Shown here piece after piece: positions 1 to 8,428 of a stretch of 32,000 nucleotides of DNA (its first letter is position 1; each line of letters begins with the position of its first letter). The notes under the pieces were generated by a model that was given only the letters and a program-made list of their open reading frames with translations, searched no databases and was not told the DNA's origin. The translations under genes were made by a program, and so were the position numbers. This stretch comes from Candidatus Iainarchaeum sp. (GTDB taxonomy: Archaea; Iainarchaeota; Iainarchaeia; Iainarchaeales; JAZDEL01), in contig JAZDEL010000002.1 in NCBI GenBank assembly GCA_043808785.1, positions 180,001 to 212,000 of the forward strand, in the 5' to 3' direction.

Positions 1-2964
1 ACGGGCTCCTTCGCAGCATCCCCTCAGAACTGCTACACCGCGGACGGAAAATTTTCATGCTCGGGCACGGGAACATGCATGGTTGCTGTTGAAGGCTCGA
101 GCGGCTATAAAGTGGACTGGAAAAGCAGCTGCGGGGGGTATGCAACAACCGTAATCGACGGCACAGGCGAAAGCATAACTTTCAATTGCGAGCCATCCCA
201 GCAGCCGGCAGCGACATCGGCTGACATAAAGGAGCAGGTAACCTGCAAATTTTTAAACTCGGGTTCCCCGCAGAAATGCCGCACCACCAACGGAAAATTC
301 TCGTGCGACGGCACTGGAACCTGCACAGCGGAAGTTTACGGCGCAAGCGGCACAAAATTCGAATGGGACAGCACCTGCAGCGGTTATGCCTCGACAACGG
401 TTGACGGGATTAACAAAACAATAACCTTCGAATGCCCGCAGGCTTCAGGCACACCAACGGAAACTCAAACACAGTCAACTTCGCCATACTCCTGCCCGTC
501 AAACTGCGTATGCCTGGCTGAGGCGGACGGAAAGAACCTTGGCTACTCTTTTTGCGGAGGCACGCCCACGGTTTGCAGCTACGACCAGTATAAGGTGCCC
601 AAGTATTGTTATTATGCAGGGCAAAAGGCGGAACCGCGGGCAAATACTTACCCGTCCGCAACCCAGCAACAGCTGACAACCCAAGACCTAACCCTGATGG
701 CGGTCCTGTATGCTTACTACACGGAAAATTGCGGGCAGGCATGCGAGGATGCGAGAAAGTTCTTGGCGGAAATGAAGGCGAAATATTCCCCGAATTTTAT
801 TTACAGCGAGGGAGTTCTCCACGCTTCCGATATCCGCTCCGAAAACGACCAAAAAATTCTTGATGTTCTGGGCATGACTATAAAGGATACCACTCCGACA
901 ATTGCCATTGGCAGCAAACTATTGCACAAGCTTGATACTGAACAGATAGAGCAAACAATAAAGGAATGCATCGATAACCCCGGGTCGTGCGGTCCCGTGC
1001 CGTCTGTCCTGGAACCTTTTGCGGCATCCCCGCCGAAGATGTATGTTGCGGGGCAGCCGCAAACAAGCCGGCAGCAAAATCAGGTTCCCCCTTCGGGCCC
1101 GTGCAAAGAGGGCTCAACGGCATATTACACCTGCCCCGCGAACAGGGTCGGGGAGCAGCCGCAGATGCCCTGGTGCGTGTGCAAAATAGATGCGTGGCAG
1201 TGCGACCCCCGCCCTGAAAGCGCCTGTCCGCCCGTTGATGCCTGCCCTGCAAAAATAGATATGGAGCTTGACAAGAAAGTTTATTACCCCGGCGATGCTG
1301 CCAAACTCAGCGTGAAGATTTATGATTCCTCGGGAAAACCTCTCCCGAACCAGGCTTTTTACCAGCATACTTACAGCCCATCCGGCGCGTTCAAGCCGCA
1401 AAGTACAAATTTCGCCATGAGGGTTGGCAAAGACGGCACTTACACATCCGAAGGCAGGATTCCAAGCGACCTGCCGCCGGGCAGGGTTATTACAGGCGCT
1501 TACACAATGGGCTATGAGGCGTGGTGCGCCTCTGTCAATGATAATTTTGAATTTGAAATCGCCGACAGCGCGGCTTTGCAGCCTGTGTGCGGCAACGGAG
1601 TATGCGAGCCCGGCGAGGGGCAGACATGCACTGTTGCAGCAGTAGCCTGCAAGCCGGATACAGTATGCGAGATTCCGAAGCCGAGCTGCAGCGTTCCCTG
1701 TCCGCAGGACTGCTATAGCAAGCCGACGGTGCAGAGTACAACCCTGCACGCCGCCGAGAATAAGTTCAAGCTTTCAATTAACCAGACCGTCAGCTTCGGT
1801 GAGCCGAATAATCTTTCGCTTACGCTCGTCAATGTAATTGTCCCGCAGTGCAAAGAACTCAGGGCGGAGCAGCCAAAATCCGTGCTCGAGACAGAGCAGC
1901 CAAGACCGGCGCTTGAGAGGCCTGCAGTTCCCGTACCGGAAGAAAAACCGCCTGCAACAGCCCCAGCCGGGCAAACCATGGAAAAGGCAAGGGACAAGGT
2001 CAAACTGTATTTGTTTTACTGGGATGAGTGCAAGCTCTGCGGCGCTGTGAAAGATTTCCTTGCGCAGTTAAAGCAGCGCGACCCCAGGATAGATTATGAG
2101 CTTTATAATGCCAAAGCCCAGGAGGGGGCATATCAGCTGAGGATTGTTTCATACCTGAAAGAGGGCGCCCCCACTGTTTTCCTTGATGACAGGGCATGGA
2201 CAGGCTATAACGATTCCATTGTAGCGGAAATCGAGAAAAAGATAAGCGACTGCTTCAATGAGGGCTGCGCTTTGGGGCCCACTGTGCAGCCTGACTACTC
2301 AGCAATTTCCGCAGCAACAGGGCAGGTTGTTGCCGCAACCCCTGCCTCTGCAGCTGCATCAGGCGGTGGAGTAATTTCCACACAGAGCACAGTCGAGGCA
2401 TGCTCAGGCAGGCCGTATGCAATTGTAAAGGTTCTTAGCTCCGGCAGGGAAAGCGAGATGAAGCTCGCGCTCGGGGAAAAGAGGACTATAGCGGGCGTGG
2501 AAAGCATGAACATAATCTTTTTGGATTATGACCGTGGTTCAGGCACAGGCGTGTTTGTTGTTGAGAATGCGCAGGCTTCGCCGATGCCGAGCTGCCCGCA
2601 AAACTGCAGTTGCGATGCTTACGGAAAGCCGATTGAGTGCAGGAGCGCGCAGGAAAAGTGCCCAGCAGGCACAATCCTCTGCCCGGACGGAAGCTGCGGG
2701 CAGAGCTGCACAATAACCGATGCTGTAAAGGGCTGCAGTTCAGGCTGCATCTATGCTGACAAGTGCCTGCCCTTTGGCATGAGGGTCGAGGGGAAATACT
2801 GCTCCATTAAAGGCGACCTGCTGAAGCAGCTCGGCGGGGATGATGCCGCCTGCGAAAACAACTTTGAATGCTCGACAAACTTGTGCGTCGGCGAAAAATG
2901 CGTCAGCCAGGGCTTTATTGAAATGGTAATCGACTGGTTCAAGAAATTGTTCGGGCTCGGGTGA
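1..2964 (+). CDS. Large cysteine-rich secreted/surface multidomain protein; 5' end lies outside the window
   Basis: Frame 1 is open from nt 1; the track ORF starts at an internal Met at 79. Contains two 82-aa Cys repeats, a beta-sandwich-like segment (KKVYYPGDAAKLSVKIYDSSGKPL), a VCGNGVCEPGEG motif and two glutaredoxin-like modules (CGQAC nt 730-744, CKLC nt 2029-2040). The C-terminus is Cys-rich. No family assignment is possible by eye. Confidence 0.75.
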   Translation, partial: TGSFAASPQNCYTADGKFSCSGTGTCMVAVEGSSGYKVDWKSSCGGYATTVIDGTGESITFNCEPSQQPAATSADIKEQVTCKFLNSGSPQKCRTTNGKFSCDGTGTCTAEVYGASGTKFEWDSTCSGYASTTVDGINKTITFECPQASGTPTETQTQSTSPYSCPSNCVCLAEADGKNLGYSFCGGTPTVCSYDQYKVPKYCYYAGQKAEPRANTYPSATQQQLTTQDLTLMAVLYAYYTENCGQACEDARKFLAEMKAKYSPNFIYSEGVLHASDIRSENDQKILDVLGMTIKDTTPTIAIGSKLLHKLDTEQIEQTIKECIDNPGSCGPVPSVLEPFAASPPKMYVAGQPQTSRQQNQVPPSGPCKEGSTAYYTCPANRVGEQPQMPWCVCKIDAWQCDPRPESACPPVDACPAKIDMELDKKVYYPGDAAKLSVKIYDSSGKPLPNQAFYQHTYSPSGAFKPQSTNFAMRVGKDGTYTSEGRIPSDLPPGRVITGAYTMGYEAWCASVNDNFEFEIADSAALQPVCGNGVCEPGEGQTCTVAAVACKPDTVCEIPKPSCSVPCPQDCYSKPTVQSTTLHAAENKFKLSINQTVSFGEPNNLSLTLVNVIVPQCKELRAEQPKSVLETEQPRPALERPAVPVPEEKPPATAPAGQTMEKARDKVKLYLFYWDECKLCGAVKDFLAQLKQRDPRIDYELYNAKAQEGAYQLRIVSYLKEGAPTVFLDDRAWTGYNDSIVAEIEKKISDCFNEGCALGPTVQPDYSAISAATGQVVAATPASAAASGGGVISTQSTVEACSGRPYAIVKVLSSGRESEMKLALGEKRTIAGVESMNIIFLDYDRGSGTGVFVVENAQASPMPSCPQNCSCDAYGKPIECRSAQEKCPAGTILCPDGSCGQSCTITDAVKGCSSGCIYADKCLPFGMRVEGKYCSIKGDLLKQLGGDDAACENNFECSTNLCVGEKCVSQGFIEMVIDWFKKLFGLG
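28..438 (+). repeat. Two tandem 82-codon Cys-repeat units inside the CDS (conserved cores 28-192 and 274-438)
   Basis: NCYTADGKFSCSGTGTC..YKVDWKSSCGGYATTVIDGTGESITFNCE versus KCRTTNGKFSCDGTGTC..TKFEWDSTCSGYASTTVDGINKTITFECP. The period is 246 nt. Confidence 0.85.
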
Positions 2965-2965
2965 A

Positions 2966-5104
2966 CTACCGCTTGCTCACCGGATTAACAAACCCGTGCC
3001 TCGGCTCGTAAATATCCCCCGCGCGCTTCAATTTGCTCAGCATGTCCCTGACCTTTTCCGAATCCATCCCCTTTGTTTTGGATTCCTCAATCACGTCCTC
3101 TATGGGCACCATGTCGAGTTCCCGCGATTTCTCGCGGATTATGTTCAGCACAGCCATGAGGTGCTCGCGCTGGCTCTGCGTCTGCCCTGTTGTGATTAAG
3201 TCAATGTCAATCCTCCCCGTTTCCTGGTCAGTTACCAGATCCTGCAGCGAGGTGCGGAAAATCCTCATTGCAAGGTCAACATCCTGCTTCTCGACCTCCT
3301 CGCTAAGCCTTACCCTTGCGGAAGCCTCGCTAAGCCTCACTAATGCCTCCAGCTGCCTGTGCGTCGCCGCATAACTTCCCGCCTTCTTTCCCTGCTCCCT
3401 GAGGTTCACGTAAAAATCGCTCAGTTCCTTTATCCTCTCGTCCCCCAGCACGGGGAAAATATTCTGCCTCGCGTATGAAATATATTTCTTCAGCATCTCG
3501 ACCTCTATTGCAGGGGTTATTGCCCTTTCCATCTCCTCCATAGCCTCGTTCTTCGCAATCCCCTTGCGTTTCGACATCAGGAGCATTTCCCCTACCTGGT
3601 GCGTGCGCAGTATGTGGTTCGCGATTTCCTCGTCCTTCTTCCTGTCAAGCACGTCCTTTATCATGAAGAACAAATCGAACCTTGAAATCAGCGTCGGGGG
3701 CAAATCAAGCTGCTCGAGATAGTTCTTGTACGGGTCGAACCTGCTGTATTTCGGGTTCGCCGCCGCAAGTATCGAAGTGTCGCTCTTGAACCTTGTTACT
3801 ATCCCCGCCTTTGCAACGCTTATGCTGCTCTGCTCCATGGATTCGTGCAGTGCGCTCCTGTCCTCATCAGCCATCTTGTCCATTTCATCGACCATGCACA
3901 TTCCGCCGCTCGCAAGCACAAGCGCACCAGCCTTCAGCGTCCATCCCCCTTCCCCGAATTCATCCTTCACCGCTGTGGCGGAAAGCCCCGCGCCTGTCGT
4001 TGTCTTTCCCGCGACATAAATTCCCTTGGGCGCAATCTTGTTCACAGCCTGCAGCATTGCGCTCTTCGCCATTCCCGGTTCTCCTACAAGCAGCACGTGT
4101 ATGTTGCCGCGTATTTTCTGGTCGCCGGGGAGCACCTTTTTCACCCCTCCGAACAACTGCAGCACTATGCTCTCCTTTACAATCTCGTGCCCGTAAATCG
4201 CGGGGGCAATGCTCTGCACAAGCAAATGGTAAATGTCCGGCTTTGCGGCAAGTTTCCTTATCTCCTTTTCCTCGTCCTTTGTTACCTCTATCTTTTCGAA
4301 CTCCTTTGCGGTTTCCTCCGTGTGCACCGCCTCAAGGTAACGCCCGTAAACAACGTTCTTGTCCTTCGGCGGCCTAAGCCTGAGTATTCCGACAATCCTT
4401 GTCCTGTCCCCGGGAACGACCCTGTTGACCATGTCATCATTCACGTAAACATCTATTGTTGTGGCCTGCTCTGAGCTCCTTATGAGTTCCAGCGGCTCCT
4501 GTATCATTACTTTCTGGTAATCCTCGAAATCGCTGTCCTCGGATTTAAGGGTAAATTCCTTATGCTTGCAGTTCCCGCAAATCCAGGGCTGCCTTATGTT
4601 CTGCTCCTTCTGCACGTCCTTATACGTGCTTCCGCAGCGCCTGCATTCCCACACCGCGGTCTTCAGTTTCGGCAGGACGTCCGTCATCTGCCTGATGACG
4701 CCCTCCACTGAAATTAATTTTCCGAGGTCATCCGAGGAAATGTTGCGCAGTATTGTCTCGCTGTCCTTGGGCAGGTTGAAAATCCGCACGTGCGGCTTAA
4801 ATTCCGAGGCATCAAGGCTCGGCACGTCCATTTCCGCAACCGCGCTTTTCGCGGCATCAAGCACGTAATCCGGATTGGCAAGCAGTTCATCGGCAAGCTC
4901 GTAATCGAAATGCTCTATCTCCCTGAAATCCACGTAAAGCGAGCGCTTCTCGGGATAATCCGAAACAAGCCCTTCTATCTCCTTCTTATACTGGCTCTTG
5001 AGGAACGCTTCCCATTTGGAAACGAAAGGGTTGTCGCTGCCCCCCTCGATTATTTCGGTTTCCTGCCCTCCGGAAGCCTCAACAGCAGCCAAGCCAGACA
5101 CCAT
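2966..5104 (-). CDS. mcm: MCM replicative helicase
   Basis: 712-aa ORF with a Zn ribbon (CRRCGSTY...CGNCKH), Walker A GEPGMAKS, Walker B VDEMDKM and arginine finger SRFDL. The ATG at 5104 lies about 30 nt from the TTTATAAA at 5131-5138. Confidence 0.95.
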   Translation of the reverse strand: MVSGLAAVEASGGQETEIIEGGSDNPFVSKWEAFLKSQYKKEIEGLVSDYPEKRSLYVDFREIEHFDYELADELLANPDYVLDAAKSAVAEMDVPSLDASEFKPHVRIFNLPKDSETILRNISSDDLGKLISVEGVIRQMTDVLPKLKTAVWECRRCGSTYKDVQKEQNIRQPWICGNCKHKEFTLKSEDSDFEDYQKVMIQEPLELIRSSEQATTIDVYVNDDMVNRVVPGDRTRIVGILRLRPPKDKNVVYGRYLEAVHTEETAKEFEKIEVTKDEEKEIRKLAAKPDIYHLLVQSIAPAIYGHEIVKESIVLQLFGGVKKVLPGDQKIRGNIHVLLVGEPGMAKSAMLQAVNKIAPKGIYVAGKTTTGAGLSATAVKDEFGEGGWTLKAGALVLASGGMCMVDEMDKMADEDRSALHESMEQSSISVAKAGIVTRFKSDTSILAAANPKYSRFDPYKNYLEQLDLPPTLISRFDLFFMIKDVLDRKKDEEIANHILRTHQVGEMLLMSKRKGIAKNEAMEEMERAITPAIEVEMLKKYISYARQNIFPVLGDERIKELSDFYVNLREQGKKAGSYAATHRQLEALVRLSEASARVRLSEEVEKQDVDLAMRIFRTSLQDLVTDQETGRIDIDLITTGQTQSQREHLMAVLNIIREKSRELDMVPIEDVIEESKTKGMDSEKVRDMLSKLKRAGDIYEPRHGFVNPVSKR

Positions 5105-5124
5105 CCCACTAACAAACTTGCCTT

Positions 5125-5144
5125 CGCGGGTTTATAAACCCGCG
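5125..5144. promoter_or_regulatory. 20-bp perfect palindrome CGCGGGTTTATAAACCCGCG centred on a TATA box; putative mcm promoter/operator
   Basis: Read directly from the sequence. The TATA centre is about 30 nt upstream of the mcm ATG on the minus strand, the same spacing seen at other first-in-operon genes here. Confidence 0.55.
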
Positions 5145-5335
5145 CAGGGCTCGTTTCCGGTGCGGGAGGAAACCCCCGCAAGGGAGAATTCGTATTGGGA
5201 GTTATTTTGCGGAACAAAAACAAAAAACAACGGCAAAATTCCGCAGGTTCGGCGTTTCTGCCTTGCCGATATATGGAAGCGGCAAAAAGTATTATTCATA
5301 TTGGGTTAGGAATCCGAACCTGCATTTGCGGGCAG

Positions 5336-6352
5336 TCAATCAAATATCTTCGCCCACTCCCTTTTAGGCCTCTTCTTCCATTCGCCCTTGTGGTACGCAT
5401 CGCTTATTATAAGCGGCAGCACGGAGGTCGCCTCCGCATACACCATCTGCTCGTAGCTCACATCCACCTTTCCCCAGGACTGCGCCTCCTTTAGCGTGGA
5501 ACTCGAGCACGCCCCGTCCCTCATGTCCGCAACCGTTATCTGCACCGCGTACTTGTGCATGGGCACGTCTTTTCCCAGAATCTCGGCGCATATCACGGTG
5601 TCCTGCGCGAAGTTTTTTGGAACGCCCCCGCCTATCATGAAAAGCCCGCTTGTTTTCCCGCGCATCTTTATTTCCGTTAGTTCGCGGAAATCCTTCACGG
5701 AATCTATCGAGAGGTGCTTTTTCGGGTTCTCGTGCTGGTGCATAACAAGCCCGAAGCCCGCGCTGCTGTCGGAAAACGCTGGGCAGAATATAGGCACGTT
5801 ATTTTCATACGCAGCCTGCACAAGCGAATCCTTTTTCTTCGAGTTCTTCACAAGGTATTTTCCCATTTCCTTTATGAATTCCCTCGATGAGTACGGCCTC
5901 GGCTCCAGCGTGTCGGCGATTTTTTTCACAGTTGCATCGCACGCCTGCAGTTCTTCTTCATCTATAAATGTGTCATATATCCTGTCTATGTAAAGCTTGC
6001 GCAGTTCCGTGTCGTTCACATTCGGCGTCCCTATGTAATGCTTGAACCCCAGCGCCTCGAAGAAATCCATATCCGCAATTGTTGCCCCAGTTGCAACTAT
6101 TGCATCAACCATGTTGTTCTTCACCATGTCAACATAAACCTGCATGCACCCCCCCGCGCTCGTGCTGCCCGCGATGCACAGCATGATTGTGCAATCTTTA
6201 TCCGCGAGCATCATGTTCAGTATTTCCGCAGCCCTCGCGGTGTCCCTTGCTGTGAAAGACATTCCTTTCATCGCCCCGATAATCTGCGTTGCGTCGAAAG
6301 ACTTCACGTCGATGTGCTTCACGGTTTCCTTCATGTATTTTTTGGTGCTCAT
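5336..6352 (-). CDS. dys: Deoxyhypusine synthase
   Basis: Overall DHS-like sequence (e.g. MIGGGVPKNF, CIAGSTSAGG). The ORF is open to 6394, but the ATG at 6352 (MSTKKYMKETV) is preceded by GGAGGG. It is adjacent to speB and about 5 kb from aIF5A. Confidence 0.85.
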   Translation of the reverse strand: MSTKKYMKETVKHIDVKSFDATQIIGAMKGMSFTARDTARAAEILNMMLADKDCTIMLCIAGSTSAGGCMQVYVDMVKNNMVDAIVATGATIADMDFFEALGFKHYIGTPNVNDTELRKLYIDRIYDTFIDEEELQACDATVKKIADTLEPRPYSSREFIKEMGKYLVKNSKKKDSLVQAAYENNVPIFCPAFSDSSAGFGLVMHQHENPKKHLSIDSVKDFRELTEIKMRGKTSGLFMIGGGVPKNFAQDTVICAEILGKDVPMHKYAVQITVADMRDGACSSSTLKEAQSWGKVDVSYEQMVYAEATSVLPLIISDAYHKGEWKKRPKREWAKIFD

Positions 6353-6407
6353 TTTTTCCCTCCGCTTCCCGCGCGGAAATTTGGGGCGCGGCAAATTCCG
6401 TGCGCCC

Positions 6408-7298
6408 TCATTTCCCTCCGCGGAATTTTTGGCTTAAAATCTGGTAAACAAGCTTTGCCGCCGTGAAATTCGGCGCCCTGTTGTGTTGAGTAGGGCAAAG
6501 TTCGACAACATCAAACCCCACAACCTCGCGCTCCGCGGTTGCCTTTTGCAGGAGTTCCATTACCTCATACCATCCCAACCCCCCAGGTTCGGGCGTGCCA
6601 GTCGAGGGCATGATTGAAGGGTCGAAAACGTCGAGGTCGATTGTGATGTAGACCTTCTCAGCGAGTAGGGCAACAACCTTTTCCTGCCAGCCGCCCTTCC
6701 CGGCAATGTCCTTCGCGAAAAAAACATTTCCCTTTCCCCCGCCCTTCCCATTCGCCAAAAATTCCTTCTCCTCCTCGGCCATGCTGCGTATCCCTGCCTG
6801 CACAATCGGGCAAATCTCGCGTGCGCGTGCCATTGCGCATGCGTGGCTGTATTTTGAACCCTCATATTCCTGCCTTAAGTCCGTGTGCGCATCCAATTGC
6901 AGCACGCACATTCCCCTGTATTTCTCAGCGTGCGCCTTTATCGCCCCCACGCTTACCGAATGCTCCCCGCCGAGGGTAACAACAAACTTGCCTTTGCCCA
7001 AATGCCCGGCAACCTTTTTCTCAACTTCCCCAACCATTTTTTCTGGTTTCATTTTTGTTCCCGCACAAATGGGCTTATCCGTAAAAATCCCGCGCTCGCA
7101 AACCTGCGAATCCGTATCTATGTCGTAAAGTTCCATGTTCGCGGAAGCCTCAAGTATCGCTTTGGGGCCCTTGTCCGCGCCCTTTATCCATGTGCTCGTG
7201 CCGTCATAGGGGACAGGCAGAACAACAATTTCCGCCTTTTCATACCCTGAAAATTCCTTCGGCAAACCGCCGAAGTTTGGCGTGCCTTTCCCCTTCAT
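6408..7298 (-). CDS. speB: Agmatinase / ureohydrolase family protein
   Basis: Arginase-family Mn-site motifs are present: GGEHS, LDAHTD and ITIDLDVFDP. 296 aa, directly upstream of dys on the same strand. Confidence 0.88.
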   Translation of the reverse strand: MKGKGTPNFGGLPKEFSGYEKAEIVVLPVPYDGTSTWIKGADKGPKAILEASANMELYDIDTDSQVCERGIFTDKPICAGTKMKPEKMVGEVEKKVAGHLGKGKFVVTLGGEHSVSVGAIKAHAEKYRGMCVLQLDAHTDLRQEYEGSKYSHACAMARAREICPIVQAGIRSMAEEEKEFLANGKGGGKGNVFFAKDIAGKGGWQEKVVALLAEKVYITIDLDVFDPSIMPSTGTPEPGGLGWYEVMELLQKATAEREVVGFDVVELCPTQHNRAPNFTAAKLVYQILSQKFRGGK

Positions 7299-7448
7299 TG
7301 CCCTGCCCCCGAAACCCTTGGCGTTCCTTTGCCTTTCATCCCTTAGCCCCCGAAACCCCGCCGCGTTTTGCCTTACTCACCTGCTACCTATAGGAGGGAA
7401 AACCATAAAAACAATATTAATAATAACCCCCGCGGCGTTGGTTATTAT

Positions 7449-8393
7449 ATGGAGAGAAAGGGAGTTCCGCCAAAGAGGCGGCTTGTTAGACCGGATGAAA
7501 CATCAGGAGCCGTAAATAAGCACCTTTTAACCCTCTACAAGAAACTGACGGCTCTTGCGAGAGGCTATTATGAAACCGGGAGAATAAAGGATTACGATAA
7601 ATTCTCAGCCCTGCAAAAACCAATATTGCAGGAATTCCGTAACCTGCAGGAATATGCGAGGCAGAGAAATGTTTTCATCAAGAGAGTAGAAAAAATCGGG
7701 TCGAATTCTTCGATAGGAACTATGTTTTTTCCCATGCAAGAATTTGAACAGAGCGTGGCTTTATTCTCGCAAAACCAAACAAACGCGGGCAAGTTTATGG
7801 GTGCCTTGGGCGAGCACGGCAGGCGGGAACTGCATTCACTGTTTCTGCCGACCGACATTCCTGACATGAAGGCGCGCACGCAATGGAAGTTGCCGGCACC
7901 TCTTCCTGCCTCTGTTTTTCAGGTTAAGACAAAGAGAACCACTGCGAACTTCTTTTCGCGCCCGGTTATGTTATTTGGTGGGCCGGCCCCGTACAGTCAT
8001 AAGGCTATCAGCGCAGCCAGATTTGTTTCATCGGTGGGTCCTGTAGATGCGGCCGGATTCCTGAACAAGTTTGGGAATATGCGGAAGGCGGGCGATTTGA
8101 TAAATACCGTTCTCCAGAAGTTCGATGAGGAGATTAATTCTAGTTCTGAAACCCACAAACACTGGATGCCGATTCTTCAAAAAGTAAGCCCTGGCGCGGT
8201 GAGTAGGGACCCCGTGCTGATTTTATTATGCAATCTCACAAAAGAACAGCCCGCATCCTTGCCACTGCTAAGGCGCTTCAGGTCTTACGATGGGGTGAGC
8301 AGAATTCTTATGGACAATTACGGAAAGCCCACGAGCCAAATTTTACGCCTTCTTGCCGAGGCGCAGGCGAAGCAAAAGAAGAGAAACTGGTAA
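7449..8393 (+). CDS. Hypothetical protein (no recognisable motif)
   Basis: Long ORF, visibly AT-richer than its neighbours. The ATG at 7449 (MERKGVPPKRR) is preferred over the track start at 7368. The stop is 36 nt before the metG start. Confidence 0.5.
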   Translation: MERKGVPPKRRLVRPDETSGAVNKHLLTLYKKLTALARGYYETGRIKDYDKFSALQKPILQEFRNLQEYARQRNVFIKRVEKIGSNSSIGTMFFPMQEFEQSVALFSQNQTNAGKFMGALGEHGRRELHSLFLPTDIPDMKARTQWKLPAPLPASVFQVKTKRTTANFFSRPVMLFGGPAPYSHKAISAARFVSSVGPVDAAGFLNKFGNMRKAGDLINTVLQKFDEEINSSSETHKHWMPILQKVSPGAVSRDPVLILLCNLTKEQPASLPLLRRFRSYDGVSRILMDNYGKPTSQILRLLAEAQAKQKKRNW

Positions 8394-8428
8394 ATACCTT
8401 TAAATATTCCTCCAGACAACCTTTTTCC

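Noticed and set aside
5105-5335. Replication origin next to mcm
   Set aside because: No orc1/cdc6 gene lies adjacent. I could not recognise an ORB or mini-ORB consensus, nor a long AT-rich unwinding element. The repeats are kept as a regulatory finding instead.
8228-8428. N-terminal 67-aa extension of the MetRS ORF
   Set aside because: It overlaps the 3' end of the preceding gene in another frame. MetRS homology begins at MVAKAKKFYITT, just before the HIGH motif.
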